Assembly (NCBI GenBank): GCA_035572335.1
Contig: DATNAW010000014.1
Coordinates: 1-51,427, forward strand
Length of the DNA: 51,427 nt
Source of the DNA: Rhodanobacteraceae bacterium
Lineage (GTDB): Bacteria > Pseudomonadota > Gammaproteobacteria > Xanthomonadales > Rhodanobacteraceae
Direction: 5' to 3'
The notes beneath the pieces are model-generated. The model did no database searches. It had not been told where the DNA came from and worked only from the letters and a program-made list of their open reading frames with translations. Shown here in pieces: positions 18,035 to 26,733 of this stretch; the first letter of the stretch is position 1, and each line of letters starts with the position of its first letter. A program made the translations under genes and the position numbers.

Positions 18035-20040
18035 GCGGCGATCCCGCGCACGGGCAAACGGTCGCGCGTCGTTTCCGCAAGCCACGCCTGGAACATCAAC
18101 ACGTCCCACAAGCGCGCGCCTTCGTCCGCGGCACCCGCAAGATGGCGCGTCCACAATTGCCGCACGTGGCCGGGTTCGAAATAGCCCTCCTCATGCAGCC
18201 GCCGCGCGTCCAGCAGTGCTTCCGCCCAGTCGCGCAGCGGCCCCCGCAGCCACGCGCCGATCGGCACCCCAAAGCCCTGCTTGGGGCGATCCATCAGCTG
18301 CCGCGGGACATGGCGATACAGCACTTCGCGCAGCAGCCACTTGCCCTGCCCGTTCCTGACCTTCTGTGCAAATGGCACGCGCCACGCGAATTCCACCACC
18401 CGGTGGTCGAGCAGCGGCACGCGCGCCTCGAGGCTCACCGCCATGCTGGCGCGATCGACCTTGGCCAGGATGTCGCCCGGAAGATACGTGACCAGATCAT
18501 CCAACATCATCCGTTCGATCACGCTGCGTGCGCTCAATGCGGACACGGGGTTGTCGAACCGCAGCGCAGGTTCGGTGGCGCGCAGCACCAGCTCCGCCGG
18601 ATGCCGGTGGTGCGACATCAGCACTTGGTAGCGTTCGCCCTGCGAGCCAGCCTGCAGCATGTCGGCGAGTACCCCGACCTTCGCTTGTGGACGCCTGAGT
18701 TTCAATCGCGCCGGCATGCCGCCGTTGATGGACGCCAGCAACGATTCATAGAATCCGCGGTGCAGCACGAGTGAACGCGCGGCTTGCCTGCGTGCGGCGG
18801 GCGGCAGCCAGTTGAAGCCGCGCTCGATGCTGCGCGCCGCGAAATAGCGGCGGTAACCGCCGAACAATTCGTCGCCGCCGTCGCCGGAGAGACCCACGGT
18901 GACGTTGCGGCGTGCCAGTTGCGCGACCAGGAAGGTCGGGATTTGCGAGGCGTCGGAAAACGGCTCGTCGAACATCCCGGGCAGCTTCGGCACCACGTCC
19001 AGCGCATCCTGCGCGGTGACATACAACTCGTGGTGATCGGTGTGCAGATGCTGCGCGACCGCGCTGGCGTGGGTCGCTTCGTCGTAACCCTTTTCGTTGA
19101 ACCCGATCGTGAACGTCTGCACCGGACGGCTGGACTGCGCCTGCATCAACGCGACCACCAGCGACGAGTCGATGCCGCCGGAAAGGAACGCGCCCAGCGG
19201 CACGTCCGCTTCCATCCGCAACGCCACCGCGTCGCGCAGCAGGCTTTCGAGTTCATCGGCGGCTTCGGCATCGGACAGGTGCAGGCGGTCGGCCATGCCC
19301 GCGGCCGCCGCGTCGCGTGCCGACCAGAACGGCTGCGTGTTTTGGGCGAGAACCGATTCGTCGGCCGCGGCTTTGGCAACGCTACCGGCATCGAGGGTGA
19401 GTATCGTGCCCGGTTCCAGCTTGCGCAGATCGCGATAAATGGTGTGCGGCGCCGCGATGTAATTGTGGCGCAGCAGCAGGCACAACGCGTCGCGATCGAT
19501 CGGGTTGTCGAAATCCGGCATCGCCGCGACGGCTTTGAGTTCCGACGCGAACACGAAACACCCACCGGCCGAGCCGAAGTACAGCGGCTTGATGCCGAGG
19601 CGGTCGCGCACCAGCGATAGCGTGCGTTTGCGGCGATCCCACAGCGCGAACGCGAACATCCCGATGAAATGTTGCAGGGCGCCGCGCAAGCCCCACCGTT
19701 CGATCGCGGCCAGCATCACCTCGGTGTCGGAATGTCCGCGGAACGTGGCGCCGGACTTCGCGAGTTCCTGCCGCAACGCGCGGTGGTTGTACACCTCGCC
19801 GTTGTAGTCGATCACGTAACGGCCGCTGGCCGAGACCATCGGCTGGCGGCCCTCGGGCGAAAGATCGATCACCGAAAGCCGGCGATGGCCCAGCGCAATA
19901 CCGGACGCGGCATCCTGGAAATAGCCCTCGTCGTCCGGTCCGCGATGGCGGATCGCGCGCGTCATGCGGCGCAGCGCCACCGCCGCGTACTCGGCGTCGA
20001 GGCGATGCGCAACATCCCAGAAGCCCGTTATCCCGCACAT
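18031..20040 (-). CDS. asnB: Asparagine synthase (glutamine-hydrolysing) family amidotransferase, polysaccharide-cluster type (WbpS-like role inferred)
   Basis: The true start must be ATG 20040, giving MCGITGFWD with the Ntn Cys2 nucleophile. PP-loop AFLSGGIDSSLVVALM. The ORF-track N-terminal extension is rejected. Confidence 0.85.
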   Translation of the reverse strand: MCGITGFWDVAHRLDAEYAAVALRRMTRAIRHRGPDDEGYFQDAASGIALGHRRLSVIDLSPEGRQPMVSASGRYVIDYNGEVYNHRALRQELAKSGATFRGHSDTEVMLAAIERWGLRGALQHFIGMFAFALWDRRKRTLSLVRDRLGIKPLYFGSAGGCFVFASELKAVAAMPDFDNPIDRDALCLLLRHNYIAAPHTIYRDLRKLEPGTILTLDAGSVAKAAADESVLAQNTQPFWSARDAAAAGMADRLHLSDAEAADELESLLRDAVALRMEADVPLGAFLSGGIDSSLVVALMQAQSSRPVQTFTIGFNEKGYDEATHASAVAQHLHTDHHELYVTAQDALDVVPKLPGMFDEPFSDASQIPTFLVAQLARRNVTVGLSGDGGDELFGGYRRYFAARSIERGFNWLPPAARRQAARSLVLHRGFYESLLASINGGMPARLKLRRPQAKVGVLADMLQAGSQGERYQVLMSHHRHPAELVLRATEPALRFDNPVSALSARSVIERMMLDDLVTYLPGDILAKVDRASMAVSLEARVPLLDHRVVEFAWRVPFAQKVRNGQGKWLLREVLYRHVPRQLMDRPKQGFGVPIGAWLRGPLRDWAEALLDARRLHEEGYFEPGHVRQLWTRHLAGAADEGARLWDVLMFQAWLAETTRDRLPVRGIAA

Positions 20041-20083
20041 GCCGGAAGTGTCCTGATCTGCACGCGTGATTGCGCCGACGTCT

Positions 20084-20938
20084 TCATTCGAGTGCGGCCA
20101 CGAGTTCGTGGATGTCCGATCCGGCGCCGATCCGCGCTTCGGCCAGGAAGCGCTTGCCCGAGCGCCGGAACACGCTGGACTGTTCGATCGATCCGCCATC
20201 GATGTTGCGGTTCTCGACCACCGCCAGCACCGCGCCGTCGCGCATCGCGTCGCGCAGGTTGCGCAGGCCCGCCTGCAGGGCGTCGTCCGTGAAGTAGCCG
20301 CGGTTCAGCAGGTTCGCGGCGATCACGAGGTCCGCCTTCTCGTGTTGCCACGCATCGAAGATGTTGTATTGCTCGATGCGGATGCGGTCGCCGCGCATCG
20401 CCGCGAGATCGGGGTTGATCATGTAGATGTCGCGTTCGTCGCGGGGCTTCGAGGCATCGAAGGTCTTGAACACGCGTTCCGCGATCACGTTGTAGGGCCA
20501 CTCCGCGCCGTCGAGGTCGTTCTGGATCACGAAGCAGCGGTTCGCGTACAGCCACGGCCTGGCATCCATGTCCGAGAGGAACATGCCTTTCTGGGTCGGG
20601 TATACGTGCGCCCTGATGTGGCGGTCGGTCACGTAGTAGCGCGTGAACCGCAATTGCTTCATCACCGCGAGCGACGTGCTGCCGTCGGAGGCGCCGACAT
20701 CCAGCACCACCGGCGGGGTCGCGAACGGCAATTCCGAAAGCAGGTGCGTGGTCTGCGGAAACCGGTCGTAGTCCGTGGTCTTGTAGGTGGTGCCGATCTT
20801 CAGCCGCTGCAGCGTCTCGGTGAGCACCGCAGCGTCGATGCCCCGATCCAGCAGGCGGCGCGGATCGGGAATGCCGCGGCGCAGTTTCTGCATGGCGGTT
20901 GGCCAGATGGCGCGATTGAGTCTTATCGGTCGGCGCAT
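20084..20938 (-). CDS. Putative SAM-dependent methyltransferase-like protein
   Basis: ATG 20938 has GAGGA 4 nt upstream and overlaps the upstream GT4 gene by 16 nt. Motif-I-like PPVVLDVGASDGSTSLAV, then YYVTD and VIAANLL. Family not recognised beyond the Rossmann-type MTase pattern. Confidence 0.5.
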   Translation of the reverse strand: MRRPIRLNRAIWPTAMQKLRRGIPDPRRLLDRGIDAAVLTETLQRLKIGTTYKTTDYDRFPQTTHLLSELPFATPPVVLDVGASDGSTSLAVMKQLRFTRYYVTDRHIRAHVYPTQKGMFLSDMDARPWLYANRCFVIQNDLDGAEWPYNVIAERVFKTFDASKPRDERDIYMINPDLAAMRGDRIRIEQYNIFDAWQHEKADLVIAANLLNRGYFTDDALQAGLRNLRDAMRDGAVLAVVENRNIDGGSIEQSSVFRRSGKRFLAEARIGAGSDIHELVAALE

Positions 20939-22062
20939 GGAATCCTCGTGACGGTTCGATACAGGTCGGCGTAACGGCGCGCGCCGGCGTCGAGGGCGTA
21001 TTGATCGACGACGCGCCGGCGTGCGCGCAGCCCCAGCGCGCGCCGGGCTTCCGTGTCGAGATCGGCCAGCCTGGCCCACGCCGCCGCGAGCGCGGCGGCA
21101 TCACGCGGCGGCACCACCACGCCGGTGTCGTCCACGATCGCGGGCGCATCGCCCACGTCGGTGACCACGCAGGGCACGCCGCACGCCATCGCTTCCGCGG
21201 TGGCGTTGGGAAACGCTTCGCCCCATGCAGAAGCGGAAGCGGCGATGTCGAGCGCGTTGTCGACGGCCGCGACGTCGGCGCGGCGGCCGCACAACCGCAC
21301 GCGGTCGCGCAGGCCGATCCCGTCGATCAGCGCAGCGAGTTCCGGGTTGTTGTCGTCAGCGCCTTCACCCACCAGCACGAACACCGAACGCGGATGGCTT
21401 GCGGAAAGCTCTTTTGCGGCGCGCAGGAAATTGGCGTGGTCCTTCATCGGATGCACGCGCGCGACCAATCCGATCGCGAGTGCATCGGGCGCGATGCCCA
21501 GTTCGGCGCGCACGCGCGCACGTTCGGCGGGCTGCGGCGCGAACGCGCGGGTATCGAAACCGTTCGGGATCACCACCGCGCGCTCGCCGTCGTAACCGAA
21601 GGCAACGTGCTGGGCGCGGCTGACCGCGGCATTGAAGATGATCCGTGCCGGCCGGTGCGATAGCCGGGCGCCCGCGCGGATCACCCAGCGCGTGCTGCGT
21701 TTCTCGTGTGCCAGTGCATGCAGGGAATGGCGGATGTTCCAGACCACCGGCACGCCATCGCCCCAGCCGGCCATCGCCGCCATCAGGTTGGCGTGGTACA
21801 TCCAGCTCTGCACCACGTCGTATCGGTTCTCGCGCAACATGCGCCGCAGTCGCCACACGTCGTGCGGCAACAGGCGTCCGGCGTGCATGCCGAGATGATG
21901 CAACTCCGCGGATTCGGCGATCGACGCACTCATCGAGCCTTCCGCGCCCAGCGCGATCACCACGTGCTCGAAGTCGGGCGCTCGCAGCGTCTGCACCAGC
22001 CGGTGCAGCGCAGCCTGCGCGCCGCCGGTGCCGAGTCCGGTGATGATGTGGCAGATCTTCAT
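20923..22062 (-). CDS. GT4-family glycosyltransferase
   Basis: N-terminus MKICHIITGLGTGGAQAALHRL. C-terminal WGEAFPNATAEAMACGVPCVVTDVGD (EX7E region). Paralogous to the gene at 23320-24537. Confidence 0.85.
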   Translation of the reverse strand: MKICHIITGLGTGGAQAALHRLVQTLRAPDFEHVVIALGAEGSMSASIAESAELHHLGMHAGRLLPHDVWRLRRMLRENRYDVVQSWMYHANLMAAMAGWGDGVPVVWNIRHSLHALAHEKRSTRWVIRAGARLSHRPARIIFNAAVSRAQHVAFGYDGERAVVIPNGFDTRAFAPQPAERARVRAELGIAPDALAIGLVARVHPMKDHANFLRAAKELSASHPRSVFVLVGEGADDNNPELAALIDGIGLRDRVRLCGRRADVAAVDNALDIAASASAWGEAFPNATAEAMACGVPCVVTDVGDAPAIVDDTGVVVPPRDAAALAAAWARLADLDTEARRALGLRARRRVVDQYALDAGARRYADLYRTVTRIPCADR

Positions 22063-22099
22063 GCGAAGGGATTCCGGTATGGCATCGTCACGGGTGCCC

Positions 22100-23320
22100 T
22101 CAGGCGGCCGGATAGGGGTCGTGATGCATGGGTCCGTCCTCGCCCAGCGGATGCGCGGTGACGACGAGGTAACGGCGCTTCCGCCGGAACCGGCTGCGCA
22201 GCAGCGCGAGCACGCCGATGTACTGGAACACCACGATCAGCCCGTCGATCTGCACGCGATGGCGCGGCCCCTGCAGCGTCGGGAACATGCCATACAGCAG
22301 CGTCATCATCAGGAAATAAATGACCATGAAGCGCAGCGTCATCGTCTTCCTTCGCCACGCCGCGACCATGCCGTAGAACTGGAACGGCAGCATCACCCAG
22401 AAGAACAGCTGCGGCAGGTCGAGGAACGCGTAATTGGGTTGCGTGTGGAACGGAATGGGCGTGGCGATGAAACGCACGACGCCGGTCAGCGGATCGCCTA
22501 GGCGCGAACGGAATTCGTGCATGGCGCCGCCGATGCTGCCGTGGCCGAGGCCATGCACCACGACCACGAGCGCGGCGACCGCCGCCAACCACATCCACGG
22601 ATTGCGGCGGCCGCGGCGCGAGCACAGCACCATGATTCCGAATGCCGCGCCCAGCATCAGCGGCACGTAGAAACGCGTGACCGCCAGCACCAGCCCGCAG
22701 ATCACCGCGATCACCGCCGCGCGCTTGAAGCGGCCGGCTTCGACCAGCGCGACGGCGTACACCACGCCCGCGGTGCCGGTGGCGACCAGGATGTCCTTCA
22801 GGTTGGCCACGGTGGACCACGCCAGCACCGAAGGACTCAACGCCAGGAACACGAACAACCCGATGCCGCTGCGGCGGCCCATGCCGAACGCGAGACGACC
22901 GGCCTTCGCCAGCACGCCGGCCCCGATGAAGGTGAGCAGGATGTTGGCCGCGACGGGCGCGAAATAACCCGATCCGAAAACGGCGAGTGCGGAGGCGTTG
23001 TAGACGTAATAGAAAAGGTTCGCGCTCTTCACCATGCTGCGCACGTAGTCGTAGTTGTCCGTGATGTTGAAGACGCTCACGCCGCTCTGCAGCAGTTGCT
23101 TGCCGAAGCGCAGGTAATTCCAGTCGTCGAAAAACGTGTACGTGCCGTCGAACACGAATCCGAAATAGAACAGGAACAATCCCGACTTCAACGCGGCAAC
23201 GGCAAGGCTGAGGCCGGCCCTGCGCGTGAACCACAGCGACAGCAGGAATCCCACCAGCATGATCGCGATGGCGGGCCAGATCAGTTGGCCGATCGGGAAG
23301 GGATGCAGGCCCGTGCCCAT
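22100..23320 (-). CDS. Polytopic inner-membrane protein, candidate Wzy-type polymerase (assigned by context)
   Basis: ATG 23320 shares its A with the upstream TGA (TGATG). About 10 hydrophobic segments, for example LIWPAIAIMLVGFLLSLWF, GLFVFLALSPSVLAWSTV and FFWVMLPFQFYGMVAAW. It lies between glycosyltransferases, and no other polymerase candidate exists in the locus. Confidence 0.5.
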   Translation of the reverse strand: MGTGLHPFPIGQLIWPAIAIMLVGFLLSLWFTRRAGLSLAVAALKSGLFLFYFGFVFDGTYTFFDDWNYLRFGKQLLQSGVSVFNITDNYDYVRSMVKSANLFYYVYNASALAVFGSGYFAPVAANILLTFIGAGVLAKAGRLAFGMGRRSGIGLFVFLALSPSVLAWSTVANLKDILVATGTAGVVYAVALVEAGRFKRAAVIAVICGLVLAVTRFYVPLMLGAAFGIMVLCSRRGRRNPWMWLAAVAALVVVVHGLGHGSIGGAMHEFRSRLGDPLTGVVRFIATPIPFHTQPNYAFLDLPQLFFWVMLPFQFYGMVAAWRRKTMTLRFMVIYFLMMTLLYGMFPTLQGPRHRVQIDGLIVVFQYIGVLALLRSRFRRKRRYLVVTAHPLGEDGPMHHDPYPAA

Positions 23321-24537
23321 CACGTGTACCTGCGGGTTGCGCACACGCCGTCGAGCGCGGCTTTCGAGTTGGCGAGCAGCGCATCCAGTGAATACGCGTC
23401 CACGATGCGTTTGCGCGCGGCTGCATGCATTGCGTTTGCGGCTTCCGCGTTCGCCAGCGACGGCAGCATGTTTTCGATGGCGGCAGCGAAGCCTTCCGGG
23501 TCGCGCGGGGCGACCACAGTGCCGCAATCGCCCACGATGCGCGCGCAATCGCCCACGTCGGTCACCACGCACGGGCGACCGCAGGCCATCGCTTCGGCAA
23601 CCACGTTGGGGAAGCTTTCGCCATAGGAGGTCGATGCGAGCACGTCCAGCGCGCTGTACACCGCGGGCATGTCGCCGCGCGGACCGGCCCAGATCAAACG
23701 ATCGGCCAGGCCGAGTTCATCCGCCTGCGCGTGCAGCGTGGCGGCGTATTCCGCTTTGCCTTCACCGACGCAGACGAAACGCCAGCGTGGATCGTGCGCT
23801 GCGAGCCGCGCGGTGGCGGCAAGGAACGTGGGATGGTCCTTCATCGGGTCGAGCCGGCCGATCAGCCCGACCAGCAGCCCGTCGTCCGGCACGTGCCATT
23901 CGCCGCGCACGCGTGCGCGCGCGTCGGCATCGAAACGGAAACGCTGCGTATCGATGCCGTTCGGAATCGCCCGCATGCGGTCGCGCGGATAACCCAGCGC
24001 CGCGTGATGCGCCGCGCCGGCATCGGAATTCACGATGACGAGATCCGCGAGTCGGGCGCACAGGCAACTCAGGCGGAAGGTCAGGCGCGCCATCCGGTCA
24101 TAACGCGCGCGATCCATGTACGCGGAGCGCACGCCCCAGACGACGCGCGTGTGGCGATGCGCAAGCTTCGCCAGCAAGGCCAGCAAATTGCCGACGGTGA
24201 GATAGCCGTGCACGACATCGGCATCGTGGGTGCGCAACGTGCGCCACAACCGCCACAGGAACCCCGCGACGTCCCAGCGACCACGCTTGCGCAGGTCGAT
24301 CACCGGTACGCCCGCCTGCACGAGTTCACGCTGGAAGACGTCGCCGCCATAGAAACACGCGACCGCGACATCCCAACCGGCGCGGTGCAACGCCGTCGCC
24401 AGCGCCACCAGTTGCCGCTGCGCGCCGCCGCGCCCGAACGAACGGATCAGGAACAGGACGCGCAAGGACCCGCCGCGATGCGTGGCCGCGTCGCGCAGGT
24501 TCGCCATCACCGCGCCGGATTCGGAGGCAGGCATCAT
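23320..24537 (-). CDS. GT4-family glycosyltransferase
   Basis: LRVLFLIRSFGRGGAQRQLV at the N-terminus and YGESFPNVVAEAMACGRPCVVTDVGD at the C-terminus. ATG 24537 gives an ATGA overlap with the upstream stop; ATG 24507 (MANLRD) is an alternative. Confidence 0.85.
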   Translation of the reverse strand: MMPASESGAVMANLRDAATHRGGSLRVLFLIRSFGRGGAQRQLVALATALHRAGWDVAVACFYGGDVFQRELVQAGVPVIDLRKRGRWDVAGFLWRLWRTLRTHDADVVHGYLTVGNLLALLAKLAHRHTRVVWGVRSAYMDRARYDRMARLTFRLSCLCARLADLVIVNSDAGAAHHAALGYPRDRMRAIPNGIDTQRFRFDADARARVRGEWHVPDDGLLVGLIGRLDPMKDHPTFLAATARLAAHDPRWRFVCVGEGKAEYAATLHAQADELGLADRLIWAGPRGDMPAVYSALDVLASTSYGESFPNVVAEAMACGRPCVVTDVGDCARIVGDCGTVVAPRDPEGFAAAIENMLPSLANAEAANAMHAAARKRIVDAYSLDALLANSKAALDGVCATRRYT

Positions 24538-25676
24538 GCTTGCTCCGCGGCCGCCTGCGCGCGCTCCGCGTCCGGCGCCGCCACCGAAGCCAGCAGCCTG
24601 TCCCACTGGCGGAGGATCTCGCTGACCGAATAGAGGTTGCACACCTCGCGCGCGTGCGTGCCGAGGCGGGCGCGCAACACGTCATCCTGCATCAAGGTGT
24701 CGAGCGCCATGGCCAGCCCGTCCACGTCTTCGGCGGGAACCAGCCAGCCGTTCTCGCCGTGCGTGATCAGTTCGCGCGGACCGGCCGTGCAATCGAAGCT
24801 CACGCAGGCCACGCCTTCGGCCATCGCTTCCAGCAGCGCATTGGGCAGGCCCTCGAAGCGCGACGACAGCACGAACAGGTCGGCGCGCCGCATCGCCTGC
24901 CTCACCTGCGGGCTGAAACCCGGCAGCGCGATGCGCGTCGTGAGTCCATGCATGGCGATGGATTGCGTCAACGGTTCGCGCAAGGGGCCTTCGCCGAGGA
25001 TTTCCAGCTTCCAACCGGGATGTCGCTTCGCGACGCGCGCGAACGCATCGATCAGCAGGTCGAAACCCTTCGCCGGAACGAGCCGTCCGACGGCCAGCAA
25101 AGTGCGGACGCGCCCGTCCCCGGCCGGAGCCGGCTCGGGCCTCGCGTTGTCGGCGCCGGGCGCGACCGGATTGGCGATCACCTGCACCGCGCGCCCCACC
25201 CGCGCTTCCAGCTCATCGGCGCAGCGCCGCGTCTGCGCCACCACCGCCGCGGCGCGCCGATACAAGACGCGGCGCAACAGTGTCCAGACCAGGCGCGAGG
25301 GTTCGGCGCCGATGAACTGGCGTTCCGTGACGATGACCGGCACGCGCAAACCCGTGGCGGCGATCATCGCCAGCGCGTTGGTGTTGGCCACGAAGCTGAT
25401 GACGGCGTCCGGGCGCGCCGCCTTGATGGCACGCCGCAGCGCGCGCACGCGCACGACGTTGCGGCCGAGTGCCTGCGCCGGATTCGACGAGCGCCGCGCC
25501 ACGTCCAGCGCCACGCGCCAGACCCTGCGGTCCAGCGGATAGCGATCGTTCACCGCCGAGCTCAGCGTGATCAGCGTGACCTCGACGCCGCGCATGGCCC
25601 ACGCATTCGCCAGCGTCGCCATCACGCGCTCGGCGCCGCCGCCGCCGAGCGACGGCACGATCAGCACCAGTTTCAT
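24534..25676 (-). CDS. GT4-family glycosyltransferase
   Basis: MKLVLIVPSLGGGGAERVMATLAN at the N-terminus and RFEGLPNALLEAMAEGVACVSFDC at the C-terminus. ATG 25676 is preferred; ATG 25727 is an alternative. Confidence 0.85.
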   Translation of the reverse strand: MKLVLIVPSLGGGGAERVMATLANAWAMRGVEVTLITLSSAVNDRYPLDRRVWRVALDVARRSSNPAQALGRNVVRVRALRRAIKAARPDAVISFVANTNALAMIAATGLRVPVIVTERQFIGAEPSRLVWTLLRRVLYRRAAAVVAQTRRCADELEARVGRAVQVIANPVAPGADNARPEPAPAGDGRVRTLLAVGRLVPAKGFDLLIDAFARVAKRHPGWKLEILGEGPLREPLTQSIAMHGLTTRIALPGFSPQVRQAMRRADLFVLSSRFEGLPNALLEAMAEGVACVSFDCTAGPRELITHGENGWLVPAEDVDGLAMALDTLMQDDVLRARLGTHAREVCNLYSVSEILRQWDRLLASVAAPDAERAQAAAEQA

Positions 25677-25791
25677 GGCGTCCCGGCCGTCCTGGCCGGA
25701 AACGGAAAGCGCAGGCATCGCGATCATGACGGCTGTCCGTATGACGGCTTCATGCGGAAGCGGAGGTCCTGGTTGCCAGCCCGGAAATTTT

Positions 25792-26733
25792 TCATGCTGT
25801 CATCCTTCCTTGTGGTGCGACGGGTTCGCTTCCGTGCAGCCAGGCATGCAGGTCCCGGCCGGTGAGTTTTTCGAGCAGGTGGACATCCGGCGTGAAATAA
25901 GCGCGCAATTCGTCCAGCAATGCCGGTGCGATGGCCTGTTGCTGGACCGGCGCGAAGTTGGCCTTGCGCAAGGTTTTCAGCACGCCAAGCCGTTCGATGC
26001 CCGCGCGCTGCTTGACGTACATCGCGGCGCGCAAGAGCGGTTTGGGCGTCTTCTGCGTGAATTGCGCGAGCGTCTGCGAACGTGCGCGCGTGCGCCCGTT
26101 CACGCGTGGAAACTCGTTGCGTCCGTCGTAGGCAACACCGAGGAACGCCAACACCTCGCGGTAAACGCGCGCAGGGTTCGCGGCGAAGTCGTCGTAGAAC
26201 CACCAGCCAAGTTGCGCCTTCGGCACCAGGTCCAGCAGACGCTGCAGTTGCGCGCCGAGCAGCGCCATGCGGTCGTACAGCAGGATCTTGGCGTCCCGGC
26301 ATTGCGCCGGCACGCGGCGGCCGGAGCGGCGTTCCGCGCACAGCTGCCACGCCGCGGCGAAGTCGATGACGGTTTCGTCGCGCGTCCGCAGCGACTGCGC
26401 ATGCATGGACATCGCGAGGTCGACCGGATTGCGCAACATCACCAGCAGCCGCGCCGACGGCAGCCGCTTGCGGATTTCGGCAACCGCCGCGTCGGAATAC
26501 ATGTAGAAGATCGAGGCTTCGCCGATCGCGATATGCTCGCGCCCGGCGCCGGTGAACAACGCCTGGTAATCGTCCCAGTCCGACACGTAACGATGCGACG
26601 GCATGTCGAGCGCGAAATAGTGCGGTTCCTTCGGCTTGCTCATGAACACGCGCGGATGCGTGCGCAGGAATTCCGCCAGTGCGGTGGTGCCGCATTTCGG
26701 TGCCCCCACCAGGATGAAATTCGGCGCGGTCAT
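25792..26733 (-). CDS. PAPS-dependent sulfotransferase (copy 1 of a tandem pair)
   Basis: 5-prime-PSB motif NFILVGAPKCGTTAL and 3-prime-PB-like LLVMLRNPVDLAMSMH. ATG 26733 forms an ATGA overlap with the stop of copy 2. Confidence 0.8.
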   Translation of the reverse strand: MTAPNFILVGAPKCGTTALAEFLRTHPRVFMSKPKEPHYFALDMPSHRYVSDWDDYQALFTGAGREHIAIGEASIFYMYSDAAVAEIRKRLPSARLLVMLRNPVDLAMSMHAQSLRTRDETVIDFAAAWQLCAERRSGRRVPAQCRDAKILLYDRMALLGAQLQRLLDLVPKAQLGWWFYDDFAANPARVYREVLAFLGVAYDGRNEFPRVNGRTRARSQTLAQFTQKTPKPLLRAAMYVKQRAGIERLGVLKTLRKANFAPVQQQAIAPALLDELRAYFTPDVHLLEKLTGRDLHAWLHGSEPVAPQGRMTA

